A DNA stretch of 64,000 bases from Lingula anatina (GCA_051362555.1 CM120645.1:24208934-24272933), one strand, 5' to 3'; positions 1 through 11,618 are shown, numbered from the stretch's first letter. The notes: a model not told the origin generated them from the sequence alone. Made by a program: numbers and translations.

Positions 1-81
1 AATGAAAAATCAATAATAGTCAAATATTGGGCTCCCACTTGAAAGCATGCCAAGATTTAGTTGCTCTGCCCATGCTGTGTC

Positions 82-364
82 GCATTCAGTACAGATGACT
101 GGTGGACTAACTGGTTCACCAACTAAATATGGCCGACCCCACTGAAAAAAACGATACCCCTAATTCCCTGATGATCTAAGCCAAACCTCCTCCATATGAG
201 CCTTTAAACAGATTAAATTTCCGAGGTTTAATTGCTAGGCCTCTGCAATGACGGCACATGTGGACGCCGGGAGACCATGCATCAAGGTGGCATTGCTTTT
301 TAAGTGGGGTAGGCCATATTTTGTAGGCCAATCAGCTAGTACGCAGAACATCTGTTGTGAATGC
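82..364. mobile_element. Degenerate MITE-like foldback element in an intron of the NIDO-VWD gene
   Basis: AAATATGGCCGACCCCACT (125-143) is the reverse complement of AGTGGGGTAGGCCATATTT (303-321) with one mismatch. Weaker inverted similarity extends out to GCATTCA (82) and TGAATGC (364). No clear TSD. Confidence 0.5.
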
Positions 365-377
365 ACTCTGGTTCTGA

Positions 378-686
<309 letters not shown>

Positions 687-1013
687 TGATCACAATGTTA
701 AATTCTTTTCTGGATCTGGAGGGGCTCAATTTCACATATATGCAATCTTTTGAACCATGCAATCGTTGAAATGGCAAGGGTATGGTATAGTGTAGTGACT
801 TGTTTCAAGTGATCTCAGGGTGGTAGTTTTTTAATATTCTTTTTTTATTAACTCTTTTTTGATTTAATATTCTTTTTATAATCAAGGCATTTAATAGTGA
901 ATTAAAGCAGAACAGTGGGCAGCAGTAAAGCACATGCCTACTGTACAGAATAACTGACCTTGCATGATTTCTTATAGAGGTTTAATAAAAGAATATTATT
1001 TTACAATTTTCAG

Positions 1014-1252
1014 TGGGCCAGTGTATGGTCAGAGGGGATCCCCATTTTGAGCAGTTCGATGGGCGCCACTTTCTTTTTAGTGGGTTTTGTAAATATACAC
1101 TCTCGGGAACTTTGCCAAATGCCACTGAACAATTTGACATAACTGGTACATTTGTCTCCTTTAAGCCTGGGAGTAATAGGACCATGATCCAGCAGGTTTT
1201 GATAGAAGTGCACGGTATGAATATTCAGATAACTACAGATGGAACAGTGAAG
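1014..1252 (+). CDS. NIDO+VWD protein exon: start of von Willebrand factor D domain
   Basis: ttttcag acceptor, gtgtgt donor. GQCMVRGDPHFEQFDGRHFLFSGFCKYTL fits the VWD CxxxGDPHxxxFDG...C.Y.L motif. Confidence 0.92.
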
Positions 1253-1604
1253 GTGTGTACCAATGGGTTTAACCAATTGTTGTTAGTAAAGGGATACAGA
1301 TGGAAATATTTTAATTGCATATTTTTATTTTAAATTACCAGGGGAAAGAACATATCAGCCAAAGCAAAGCACAAATTTATGTGCATAATGAAGTAATACC
1401 CCCCGTACACACAAAAGTGCCTCTTTTTAGAGAGAAACGGTGTTCATCAAGCCATTTTCTCAAGAATAAAATGTTTCTCATATATTAAAAATACATTGCT
1501 TTTACCAATTACATTGCCCATATAAATAGTGGTCGCCAAAACATTGAGTGTGTGCTTACAAACGTTATTGTTAATGAGTCCTCATGTATTGACAACCATT
1601 GCAG

Positions 1605-1791
1605 GTTAACAATGCAACCATCAGTGCATCAACGACTCCACAAGATGTCGGCAGCAGTGTGATGTTGTCTCTTGACCCAACTGGCTTCCCAAGGACTGTT
1701 GTGGAGGTGCCTGGTGTTGTGAAAGTTGAACTCACCACCCCTGTTGAGGGATTAAGGCGTAAAGGACATAGAGCCATCATAACCGTTCCAG
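1605..1791 (+). CDS. NIDO+VWD protein exon: middle of VWD domain
   Basis: ttgcag acceptor, gtaaaa donor. VNNATISASTTPQDVG...HRAIITVP continues in frame (phase 0 to phase 1). Confidence 0.85.
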
Positions 1792-2237
1792 GTAAAATGG
1801 CAAACATACATGCTCATATATTTACACACAAACAAAGAGAGAGAGAGGGAGGGAGGAGGGGGGAGGGAGTCAAAGATATTTAAACAAGGCAGAACCACCA
1901 ATGTCCTTGTCACTGAAAGGTGACTGGAAATGTTTTAGCTACCAAGAACATGAGTTATTTTAAGACTAAAAACTGTTCAATATATTACACAATTGTGAGT
2001 TTTAAAGGCCATGGGGAAGAAAATTTTTTAATTTACTATGTTTTTATAATCAATAAATAAAGTTTAATGAATGAATGAATGAATGTACGAGTGCTTTTAT
2101 CTATTCAGTTAAATTCATATATGCTCTATTTTCATGGTGCTTACACCAGATGATAATTGTTTGTGTCAGTGTTGTAAAATTATGTAAATATGCCGAAAGT
2201 TGTTCAATTATATTTAAAATGTTTTTCTTTACAACAG

Positions 2238-2352
2238 CCACATATGCTGGGAAACTGAATGGGCTGTGTGGAGATTTCGATGGTGATTCTGCTGACGATG
2301 AATCCCCCTGTTCTGGAGGCCCTCCTGCAGATTGCTTTGTGGATGACGGAAG
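2238..2352 (+). CDS. NIDO+VWD protein exon: VWD C-terminal GLCG motif
   Basis: acaacag acceptor, gtaagt donor. TYAGKLNGLCGDFDGDSADD is the VWD GLCGxxDG hallmark. Confidence 0.9.
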
Positions 2353-3083
2353 GTAAGTAATGTTTAGGAACACTGTATCCAACAAAGCCTTCCAGTTTCA
2401 GAAAACATTCACTAACTGTGTGTCAGTCTAGGACCAGTTATATACCCCAGGCCACAATTAACAACTTGTCCATGAGCCATCAGTGTATTGCTTCGTGGGA
2501 GGCCGAAGGTAGTTGCACTTGGTACTCAAATCTATGTGAACTCAGAATTTGGACCCCACCCCCCACCCACCCCACCATGTCATCACATATTTTCTGTAAC
2601 AGACACTCACAAATTATTGGTCATGATTAAATTAAGGATTGTATACTGTTATTGCTGTCCATGCATATTAGATAAAAGCATACAATTAAATCACTTCCTG
2701 CATTTATATTTTTTTTTCAGTACATGTATAAAATCAAATCTTTGCCACTTAACCTAACAAAATGCCCACAAGTAGTTTCAAATAGTATAAATTAAAGAAA
2801 TACCAAAGGGCATCTTCTCATTCTTCAGATATTTTAATTCCGTTTGTGCCATATAAAACCCACAGTAGTTATGCATCATAGATTGCTACATGTGGTGTAC
2901 TTTTAAGAATGGGGAGGGATGGTTAATTATGTCACATTGACTTTTTTCATAAGTATGTTTTTTTTAGACACATTACTTGAACAACTATAGTGACTCTAGG
3001 ATTATTTAGTTATGTTTTGATTTAATTATGTTTTGAAAAATATTTTAGATAACATGCGCACCACCATAGTAATAATGCTTGCA

Positions 3084-3233
3084 AATTGGTTATAGAAATA
3101 CGTGTACCAATTAATTTTTGTGTACAGACACAGATGTTATCGGTAAAAGTGCACGGCGACGACGGCGACGACGGCGACGACAGACGCAGATGATGGCTAT
3201 ATGTACAGACACATCTGTGTCTGTACATAAAAA
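3084..3233 (-). mobile_element. Short Helentron-associated (HINE/DINE-1/pearl-like) non-autonomous element
   Basis: Read on the minus strand: T-tract, hairpin TGTACAGACACA-GA-TGTGTCTGTACA, (CGTCGTCGC)n microsatellite, second sub-terminal copy ACATCTGTGTCTGTACA, then a short terminal stem AATTGGT...ACCAATT. This layout matches HINE/pearl elements. Confidence 0.65.
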
Positions 3234-3351
3234 TGCAATGCCAGAAATAAAATTCCTATATGTTGCTTATTTCTGACTATCTACTGTACTTTGAATGAAT
3301 ATTTTGAATCCAAATCTCCTTTAAGATTCAAGTTTTACTTTGTTCTTTTAG

Positions 3352-3364
3352 TTGCGGAGCCTAG
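3352..3364 (+). CDS. NIDO+VWD protein probable terminal coding exon (…SCGA*)
   Basis: Pyrimidine-rich acceptor tttgttcttttag, phase 2 compatible, TAG at 3362-3364, followed by AT-rich UTR-like sequence and AATAAA at 4241. Confidence 0.6.
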
Positions 3365-4240
3365 ACTAGTAACACCATTACCAAGCATATAAGGCAAGAT
3401 TACAGTGGACAGGAGGATAACAGACAAGATCTTAGAAACTCTGCAAGATCAGCATGCTTGATCAAATTGGGTTTAATCTTATTATTTTTTTAATCTATTG
3501 GATCTACTGTCTTTAACCTATTGATATGGTTATTATGCATTTTTGTCTTGATATTTAAAGAGTCCATTTTTAAGGACACTGAATTGGACTTTATATATTT
3601 ACACCTAGAAATGACAGATGAAATTATTTTTAGCAAAATTTCTGGCAAAGTGCCTAATTTAAAGAAATTGTTATAGCTGGTAACTTAAATGATAACTGAA
3701 ACTTTTAGATAATGTACTGCTATATAGTATTACCATTTTTATCATGCAAGTTATATGTACATTTACATACCATAAAGGCTTAAATGTCATAAGATTGGAA
3801 ATATTTAACAAATTAATTTGGTTAACATGCATTTTTCTTTTAATTGTTAATTTTCTTACCAAGTGATCATCATGTACATGTTTGAACCTAAAAGAAAAGT
3901 CAATCCTTTTATGTAATTCAAAGTAAACTTTTGCAAGGCCCCTTTGAAAACTAGTGATGATACTTTAGAATACTTAATGCATATACCACCACTGCAATGT
4001 CTTGGGTAGTTGACAGGTACAGAATTGCTGTTTACATTTCATGGGATTTACTGTGTTTTTGGATATTTTATTGAGTTAATTGGGGGGTTCTTTTCATTTT
4101 AATTGGATGTTTTAGAATGTTTTAGTGCAGTAATCTGGGACATTGTTGTAAAATTTTTATGTCAATTGGGTTCTTTGGCATTAATTTTGTTTGGGAATAT
4201 TTTAGTGTTGTTATCTATGGCAATATTGTGAAAATATGGA

Positions 4241-4246
4241 AATAAA
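4241..4246 (+). promoter_or_regulatory. Candidate polyadenylation signal of the NIDO-VWD gene
   Basis: AATAAA about 880 bp after the stop, followed by T-rich sequence. Confidence 0.45.
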
Positions 4247-4326
4247 AACTGGCTATGAAAATTCTGCTTTTTTCTTTCATTCCACAATTTTGTTTTCATA
4301 CTAAACTGTTTAGTTCCACTAAGTAA

Positions 4327-4872
4327 GAGCGCATTCTCAACGAATTAAGCCAGGCTTTACAAAGCCGGTGACCTAAAAATGGCGGACGTACATGAAAGAA
4401 AAACCGCATAATCTTTTAATAGTCTCTCCGCCTCTCACACGCCTCCCCACACGTCGTCCCTGCGGCGTACAGTAATTAAATCTCGGCTCCGAACATTAAT
4501 ATTTCCGTGAATATCTCTGTTGATATTATCTCCGTAGATAGTCGATTCATTGCTGCTCTACGGGCCAAATTATTCCTTTTTCGTCTCTGTTTTCAAAGAT
4601 AATAGAACAGAAGAGCTTTTTTCCTTCGATCGCCTTCAGCCGCCATGGTTTCTTCACCACGAGTATAACTGATGAGCATGCGCACTTAATATTTCTCAGG
4701 TAGCTTCCACATGGCGAACGGAGCCGAGATTTAATTACTGTACCCCGCAGGGACGACGTGTGGGGAGGCGGAGAGACTATTAAAAGATTAGGCGGTTTTT
4801 CTTTCATGTACGTCCACCATTTTTAGGTCACCGGCTTTGTAAAGCCTGGCTTAACTCGTTGAGAATGCGCTC
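4327..4872. mobile_element. PIF/Harbinger (Tourist-like) MITE
   Basis: Near-perfect ~155-165 bp terminal inverted repeats GAGCGCATTCTCAACG... (4327-4491 vs 4719-4872), flanked by a TAA target-site duplication (4324-4326, 4873-4875). No transposase. Confidence 0.88.
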
Positions 4873-6234
4873 TAAGAACATATGTTTAGGATAAAAGGAC
4901 ATGCACTTTCTCTCTCTTTCTCATATTTTTCACCTAATTATCACTTTACATTGAAAATGCCCCATGGTTGTTTTCCAATGCAGACTTAAAGACATTTAAA
5001 TTCCTTGAACATAATTTTATCTGAAGCATACCTAATTTTGTTCACAGTCAAGATGGTAGCCATGATATCATGTAACTTTTAAAAAAACCCCGTTTTATAC
5101 GCAGTACTAGGCCATAACTCAAAACACCGCAACATTATCTTGTGTAATAAAGTGAAAACAAAACCATGCTCTGTATACATCTTGTGAATGCCAGCTAGGA
5201 AGGGGGAAATATTAATTGGATGTAAGGAATAATGAAATCTTGTCTATTTTTCTCTTGACCACCATTTGAAGACAATGAGTAATTTTTTTTGAGTTGGAAC
5301 CAAAAAGGTTACAGCTCTCTTCCCAGTTATGGTTATGACTTGATCATTTCAATGGGGGAAAATTATCAATTTTTTAGGTACATAATTTTGGAGTCAATAA
5401 AAATACAATTCTATGTAGCAAATTTGTGCTTTTACTGTATAGTGTGCAGATGAGCTAAGTCAAGGAAGGGCATATATACATATACGGATAATATACCCAT
5501 GCAGTATATGTATGTTGTTCACTGGATCTTGGTTTTATTTCATGCAGAAATTCACAAGACACATAAAAACTAAAAAAAAGGCCAAAATGGCAATAATGCA
5601 CTCACTTCCCATGATTTACCATGCTGAAATTTACTTTTACAAAATTTGATAAATTTTAATAATTAATAATCAGTATTAAAAACTCTCCACTTCTGTCATT
5701 CCTTAAACTATAAATTCTAAGTAAAGAAAATGGAAATAACTGATTAAAATGATAGAATACACTACGTGTTCCTCCCACGGAGACACTGTGTTGAATGAAA
5801 TAAAATGTCTACTAAGCTAATGGGAGTAGCCTTAAACCTAAAGTTGTCACTTTGCAAATGTACGTTGCATCAGATGTACTGGATTACCTGGCTCCTCAAG
5901 CACAATACAAGAAAAGCAATATTAACCTCACACACTCAATTAGAATATAACTTTTTGGTAAAATGTTTTTGAATTGTGTTGCTACACCTCAAAAGGTATG
6001 CTCTGATTTTTAAAATAAATAAAAATTTATTATTTAAAAAGCACAGTTATTTGTAAACTTCACAATAACCCCGTTGAAATGACCATAATGCAATAACTTA
6101 AAATGTGTACAGACTTCCATATACAAAATCTGTAACTATGCAGACAAAGAAGCATGACTTTGGAAAAACTTTTTCGGATCAATTAGACGTACAATTGCCA
6201 CCCTTTACCAGGGGTAATCCTAGAGAGATTGCCA

Positions 6235-6345
6235 CGCTCCGGCGCTGCCGTGTTTATTTTGATCACGTGACGTATACGTGGGGCTCTCGGATAGGTCAGT
6301 GGGTGGCACCAAATTAAATCCAAGATGGTGGCAGTGCAGGTAAAC
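6235..6345 (+). promoter_or_regulatory. Candidate CpG-rich promoter / first exon of the C2-domain gene
   Basis: Local CpG cluster with TCACGTGAC E-box (6263-6271) overlapping TGACGTA, YY1-like CAAGATGG (6321-6328) and a CAG|GTAAAC donor at 6339/6340. Confidence 0.4.
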
Positions 6346-6526
6346 AATTTCCTAAGATACGATATTAATACATGATTGAACCAAATCAATTAAACTTCTT
6401 GAACTATGTTAAAGTTCTTTCACTTAACAGACTACGAGAATAGCATGTTGAGTTGCTAGTAATTTTAACATTTAAAAGTAATCAGTGCTTTGTCGATTAG
6501 AAGATAGATAAATTCATTTGCAAGTG

Positions 6527-6560
<34 letters not shown>

Positions 6561-6735
6561 GTTTGGCATTGCTTTAGTGATTGCAAAAAAAGGGCCGGTT
6601 TTTATTTCGTAATCTTACTAAGTTGTATTTCCAATTGTTTCACAGAAGCCAGCACAGTTTACAATAAGATTTCATAAACAGGGCATCTTAATATTTTATG
6701 GGTTAAATCAAGGAGTTATAACTCCTTGGTTAAAT

Positions 6736-7550
6736 CACGCTCGGCTGTCACCTTGATTGGATAGTAAACGATTGTTGTAAAATCGCTAAATGATATTAAA
6801 ACCGGGTGCATAAACTTGAAAACCACCTAGGAAAACCTTAGACTGCCACATTAATCCAATTCTATGCAAAAATAAACTAACAAGTGGTTAAAGCCTTCAA
6901 ACCGAATGTCGTAAAGTGCCCATATACCTCCATAGAGACAATAAAATAGTGTAAGCTTGTGAAACAAAACTCAACCATTTTCAACATAATAATCGAAATA
7001 AAATACTGCCGGGCATCGGAGCGGCCTTATTTTGGTCCACTCTAACCTCCAATTAAGAAAAAGAAGCCATGCCATTGGACAATACAACCTCTGCGGTTAC
7101 GTCACTTCCTGATTTGAATAGTGTAGAGGACCGATTCAAACATCAGAGGTAGAATTTGGCTTTACGGTTTGATTGTGCGTATGCCATGCACGGAATTTAC
7201 CAACGAGCGACGGGATGATGTAGCCTGCAGTATTTGCGGTAAGCGTGCCAAGTTTTAGGCCGCTCCGATGCCCGGCAGTATTTTATTTCAATTATTATGT
7301 TTAAGTTGGTTGAGTTTTGTTTCACAAGCTCACTCTATTTTATTGTCTCTATGGAGGTATATGGGGACTTTACGACATTCGGTTTGAAGGCTTTAACCAC
7401 TTGTTATAGTTTATTTTTGCATTGTATTGGATTAATGTGGTAGTCCAAGGTTGCTCTAGGTGGTTTTCAAGTTTATGCACCCGGTTTTAATATCATTTAG
7501 CGATTTTACGACAATCGTTTACTATCCAATCAAGGTGACAGCCGAGCGTG
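6736..7550. mobile_element. MITE/foldback element with ~290-bp TIRs and 8-bp TSD (hAT- or P-like)
   Basis: CACGCTCGGCTGTCACCTTGATTGG... (6736-7027) is the reverse complement of 7257-7550, around a ~230-bp spacer. GGTTAAAT flanks both ends (6728-6735, 7551-7558). Confidence 0.88.
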
Positions 7551-7804
7551 GGTTAAATATACAGTACAGGGTACAATGATAAATTCGGTGTAGCTGAATA
7601 GCGCAATACAGCGCAACACAGTGCATCACAGAGCAGTGCACTTGAAAAAACAATAAAGTACTGTTTGCTTTAAAATGTGTTAAACCTGTATCCATTGATG
7701 AAAAGCACACTTATAGAAAGAAATCAATTTCAGGGGGTGGACAAAAACACCTAAGACTAAAGATATAAGATATACTCTGGTCAGCCTATTTCAACAGTTT
7801 CAAG

Positions 7805-8026
7805 ATGGGTGCTAAACAGTCAGTAGAGTTACCAGTAGCAGATGAAGAGGCTGGTGACCCTGTACATGACCTTCACCTTGACCTTCAAGGTCGCAGAAGG
7901 AATACCCAGTATGCCCAGCGTCTCCAGGGCATGGCCAGGATGATGACCAATCCAAGACACACCAGGACCAAAGCCAGGCTTGGGGCGGCGGTGGTGGAGG
8001 AAGAGGAAGACTTCGCTGGCAATAAG
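7805..8026 (+). CDS. Tandem-C2-domain (synaptotagmin-like) protein, coding exon 1 of 9
   Basis: CAAGATGG start context, MGAKQS... open for 74 codons to the AAG|GTACTG donor, phase 0 joins exon 2. Confidence 0.75.
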
Positions 8027-8350
8027 GTACTGATGTGTGTGAACTGCTCATAATGGAAATCATCATACAAATCTGTCAGCAATTTAAGATGTCACACTAT
8101 CAGACATGGGGACACTACCTGTACGACTGGTTATGACCACTCGAAATGCCAGAGGACCTGCAAGATTTTTGATATAGTGGGTTCTCTGGACTGGTATGAT
8201 TTAGGTGAAAATACATTATGTATCAAAGAATGAATCACATGTAACCATAAGCTTAACAAAATTATAAAATACTTACTTTGGACCAGCATAGAGATAGGAG
8301 GGTTCACAGATTTTTTGTAGTGCAGGTCCTCCCTATCATTATTTTTTCAG

Positions 8351-8548
8351 GAAGGGAAGGAATTAATGAAGCAGCTGTACAAAAAGCTTGACCCGACAGT
8401 GATGAAGACAATTGGGGTCATCCAGGGTGAGATACAGCTGTCATTTAAGTATGATTTCAACAGTGAGCTGCTGCTGATAAAGGTCATCAAATGCAGAGAT
8501 CTGGACGCCAAGGACCTGAGAGGGAAGAATGCTAACACTTATGTCAAG
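8351..8548 (+). CDS. Tandem-C2 protein exon 2 (start of C2A)
   Basis: ttttttcag acceptor. GEIQLSFKYDFNSELLLIKVIKCRDLDAKDLRGKNANTYVK is a synaptotagmin-type C2 beta1-beta3 pattern. Confidence 0.92.
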
Positions 8549-8904
8549 GTGGGTAGACTGGCTGTGAGGGATGTACGTCAGTATTCTGATAGCACACCCC
8601 TTCTGATCAGTAAATGAAAAGTTGCCACTGGTCGATAACAGGTATGCTGCAGCCTGCAGTCAATATAATTAGATGTGTGCCAAGCTTTTTTCATTAACTA
8701 AAAAAAGAAGACTTTTGAATTTTACAACTTTTTTATTTTTTGGTTTTACGTATATTGTTGTTATTCTGTTATTAGACAAAAGCTATAGTTTATACAATTA
8801 CCAAAATGTTCAATTACCAAGAACAACACAAGTGGTGTTCCCTTTTATTTTGTAGCTTAGTTTTCAACCATGAAATACATTAACATGCAGACTTATATTT
8901 TCAG

Positions 8905-9045
8905 CTTTCCCTGTTTCCTGATGACGACCAACAAAGGTCCAAGAGCACCCAAGTTGTGAAGCAGTCCCTGAATCCAGTCTACAGTGAGATTTTCTCCTAT
9001 GTGATACAGGAGCCTGGTCTGGTTGATAGCAGACTAATAGTACAG
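8905..9045 (+). CDS. Tandem-C2 protein exon 3 (C2A)
   Basis: ttttcag/gtgact splice sites. LSLFPDDDQQRSKSTQVVKQSLNPVYSEIFSY carries the C2 (T/S)LNPxxxExF motif. Confidence 0.9.
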
Positions 9046-9499
9046 GTGACTGGGTGGACTGTAGGGGGTGGTAGTTTACATATGGCCACATTTGTAACAG
9101 TGGGCTAACTAGTCCATGGATCAAATATGGCGACAAACTTAATAGCTTGTTGTCTAATCTACTTATAGACACTGAATAGATTCCCTGCATGGAATATGCA
9201 ACAAGCATGCAAGTGGGTCAGCCATATTTGATCTGTGCACCAGTGAATGTGAATATGGCCTCTGATATCATCTGTAAAATCTGTGTATGGAATGGGATGA
9301 CCCCAACAAGACTCTTGGGTCAAGTCTTTGCATTACTGGGAATATTGAAGTTTATTTTTTATTTATTAATTTTTTTAATTATTCAATTATTTTTTAGTAG
9401 AAATTTTAGATATTGTATAAGGTAAGTGACTGAGGAAGAACAGTTTTGAAATCTGGTAAAATCACACAGCATGTGATCACTTTTTTATGAACGTTGCAG

Positions 9500-9619
9500 G
9501 TATGGAACAAAGATGTCATGGGTCGTGATGACTTCATGGGCGAGTGTTTGGTGAAACTGAATGCATTTAATTTCCGAGAAGATCCAGTGCACACAGCGTG
9601 GTATGACCTACAGATGGAG
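9500..9619 (+). CDS. Tandem-C2 protein exon 4 (end of C2A)
   Basis: ttgcag/gtatgc splice sites. VWNKDVMGRDDFMGECLVKL...WYDL is the C2 loop-3 and terminal WYxL motif. Confidence 0.92.
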
Positions 9620-10016
9620 GTATGCCATGGTTTATTATTATTACTCAGTACTTTATATATGAGTGAGAAGTGTACATTTTGGTTTATTTCTTAAGATTTA
9701 ATTGTTTGATAGTCGTCATGTGACCAGTGTTTTTAGCTATCAGTTTCGTAAACTTACCTTGTTTTATTCTAGAATACTAAAAACAGTTGTAAGAGCAGAT
9801 TTATGTGGTATGCTTTTGTTTTAGTTGCTGTTGAGACATTTTTCTAAAAGCAATTTCTTTTTTTAAAACAAAACACTGCAGATTATGATGATATCATTTA
9901 TGACTTGGTCTCTGAAGATGGTAGCGGAATATTTGGGGATCTGACCCTGGCTACCAGTGGTCACTCTTTCCCCCTCTTGACCAGAGAGATGTCACTGTAA
10001 ATGTTCATTATTTCAG

Positions 10017-10187
10017 ACTGACCTGGGGATATCAGGAGACTTAAACCTTACCCTGGCCTACAGACTCCCCCAGACCCTGCTGGTCACCGTCCACTCAGCA
10101 ACTGACCTGTCCAAGAAGAATGGTGACCGGTCAAGTCCCTTTGTGAAGGTCACTATACCAGGGGTGGCACAGGTGGAACAGACTGAG
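10017..10187 (+). CDS. Tandem-C2 protein exon 5 (start of C2B)
   Basis: tttcag/gtgtgg splice sites. TDLGISGDLNLTLAYRLPQTLLVTVHSATDLSKKNGDRSSPFVKV, in frame. Confidence 0.88.
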
Positions 10188-10194
10188 GTGTGGT

Positions 10195-10286
10195 CTTCTT
10201 CTTCTTCTTCTTCTTCGTGGCAGTAGCAGTAGTAGATTATAGTAGTAATACTAGTAGTAGTAGTAGTAGCAGTAGTAGTAATATTA
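10195..10286. repeat. Compound trinucleotide microsatellite (TCT)n/(AGT)n/(ATT)n
   Basis: Directly visible in intron 5 of the C2 gene. Confidence 0.8.
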
Positions 10287-10609
10287 TTATTATTATTATT
10301 ATTATTGTCACTTCAAGAGTCAGATTTACTTAGACTCTGCCATTCTATCAGGAGAATTGGTTTGTCTCCGCAGGTATCAAAATTTCCACAAGGAAATGTC
10401 AAGTGAAATTATGTATACATGTAAAAAGACTTTTTATCTTGATGTGATAATTTCCAGAAATGTTTTTTATCACTGACCTTTCCACAAACACAAATAGTAT
10501 TTATTATACTTCCAGATCATCAAGGGCACCGTGAACCCTGTGGCACACATACAAACACATCGATTTACAAATAGTACATAACTATATAGAGATATTATTA
10601 TACTTCCAG

Positions 10610-10686
10610 ATCATCAAAGGAACCCTAAACCCAGTGTGGGAGGAGACATTTGAGTTCCAGGTGCCTCAGGAAGAGTTTGGCTACAG
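10610..10686 (+). CDS. Tandem-C2 protein exon 6 (C2B)
   Basis: cttccag/gtaaag splice sites. IIKGTLNPVWEETFEFQV is a C2 motif. Ends in phase 2. Confidence 0.9.
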
Positions 10687-11023
10687 GTAAAGCATACAAC
10701 AACTTATTTTATGATTTAGTTTGGTTCATATTTTAGAAGTTTTATTTGAGGTCAGTGTTAAGTAAATCATCCTTCTCATCAAAGGGGCTAGATTAGAAAA
10801 GTATATTAAGATTTAAAAATGTACATGAAAAAGGTAAAACCTGGTGTTGCAAAATAAGATTATTCACTAGACATAAAAACCCTTACATCCCTCCTTGCTG
10901 ATACTTACCAAAATATGACTGTTCTATAGACATAAAATCCCTTAGGTTCCTCCTTGCAAATATCTAGTATTCTAAATTGAAACTATTCTGTAGACATAAA
11001 ATCCCTTACGTACCTCTTTTCAG

Positions 11024-11153
11024 GTACCTGGTGTTTCAGGTGATAGACTCCAGTGCAGACGCTGAGAGTGACGCTCTTGGTCAGGTGATCATTGACCTAA
11101 ACAACCTTGACCCAGAACATGGCTACAGCGGACCCTTTGGACTAGAAGATTTG
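11024..11153 (+). CDS. Tandem-C2 protein exon 7 (end of C2B)
   Basis: ttttcag/gtaatt splice sites. RYLVFQVIDSSADAESDALGQVIIDLNNL, phase 2 to phase 0. Confidence 0.88.
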
Positions 11154-11618
11154 GTAATTGGGGAATGTTTTCACATTTGTTTTTAAAATTTTATTGTTTT
11201 ATAGACCTACTATTCATATGCATTATAGTCTAGACAAAACTTCACTCAGTTATGGTAATAGAAAGTTTGAGGCAAAACATGAACAATGAAAGTAAGAAAT
11301 TTTGACCATCTATCAATGAAAGATTAGTATTGTTTTTGTACTGCCTTCATTTTTTGGAAAGACATTTATTTTTGTCCTAAGTAGTATAAAATGATAGTAT
11401 TGCTTACCAATATGCTAGTTGATTGAATGTAAGTTGAAAAATTAATTGTTATGTTGACAGCTTCATGATTGTTTGATAATTGTAATCACACCCAACACAT
11501 TCTCTGCATCACACCTGACACAATATGAATTGAAAAGTCATGACTAAGTTTTCTCTGAAGTTTCTGTCATAGATACCATATTTCGGGTCAAGTTTACATT
11601 TTCAGAATTTATTTTCAG

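Noticed and set aside
6730-7556. piggyBac interpretation of the MITE (TTAA...GGG TTAA)
   Set aside because: The left end would be ATC rather than CCC. An 8-bp GGTTAAAT TSD with perfect CACG/CGTG termini fits better.
7885-8082. Minus-strand ORF with a TM-like stretch (LALVLVCLGLVIILAM)
   Set aside because: It is antisense to C2-gene exon 1, a shadow of a hydrophilic coding frame, and cannot be the TM of the + strand protein.
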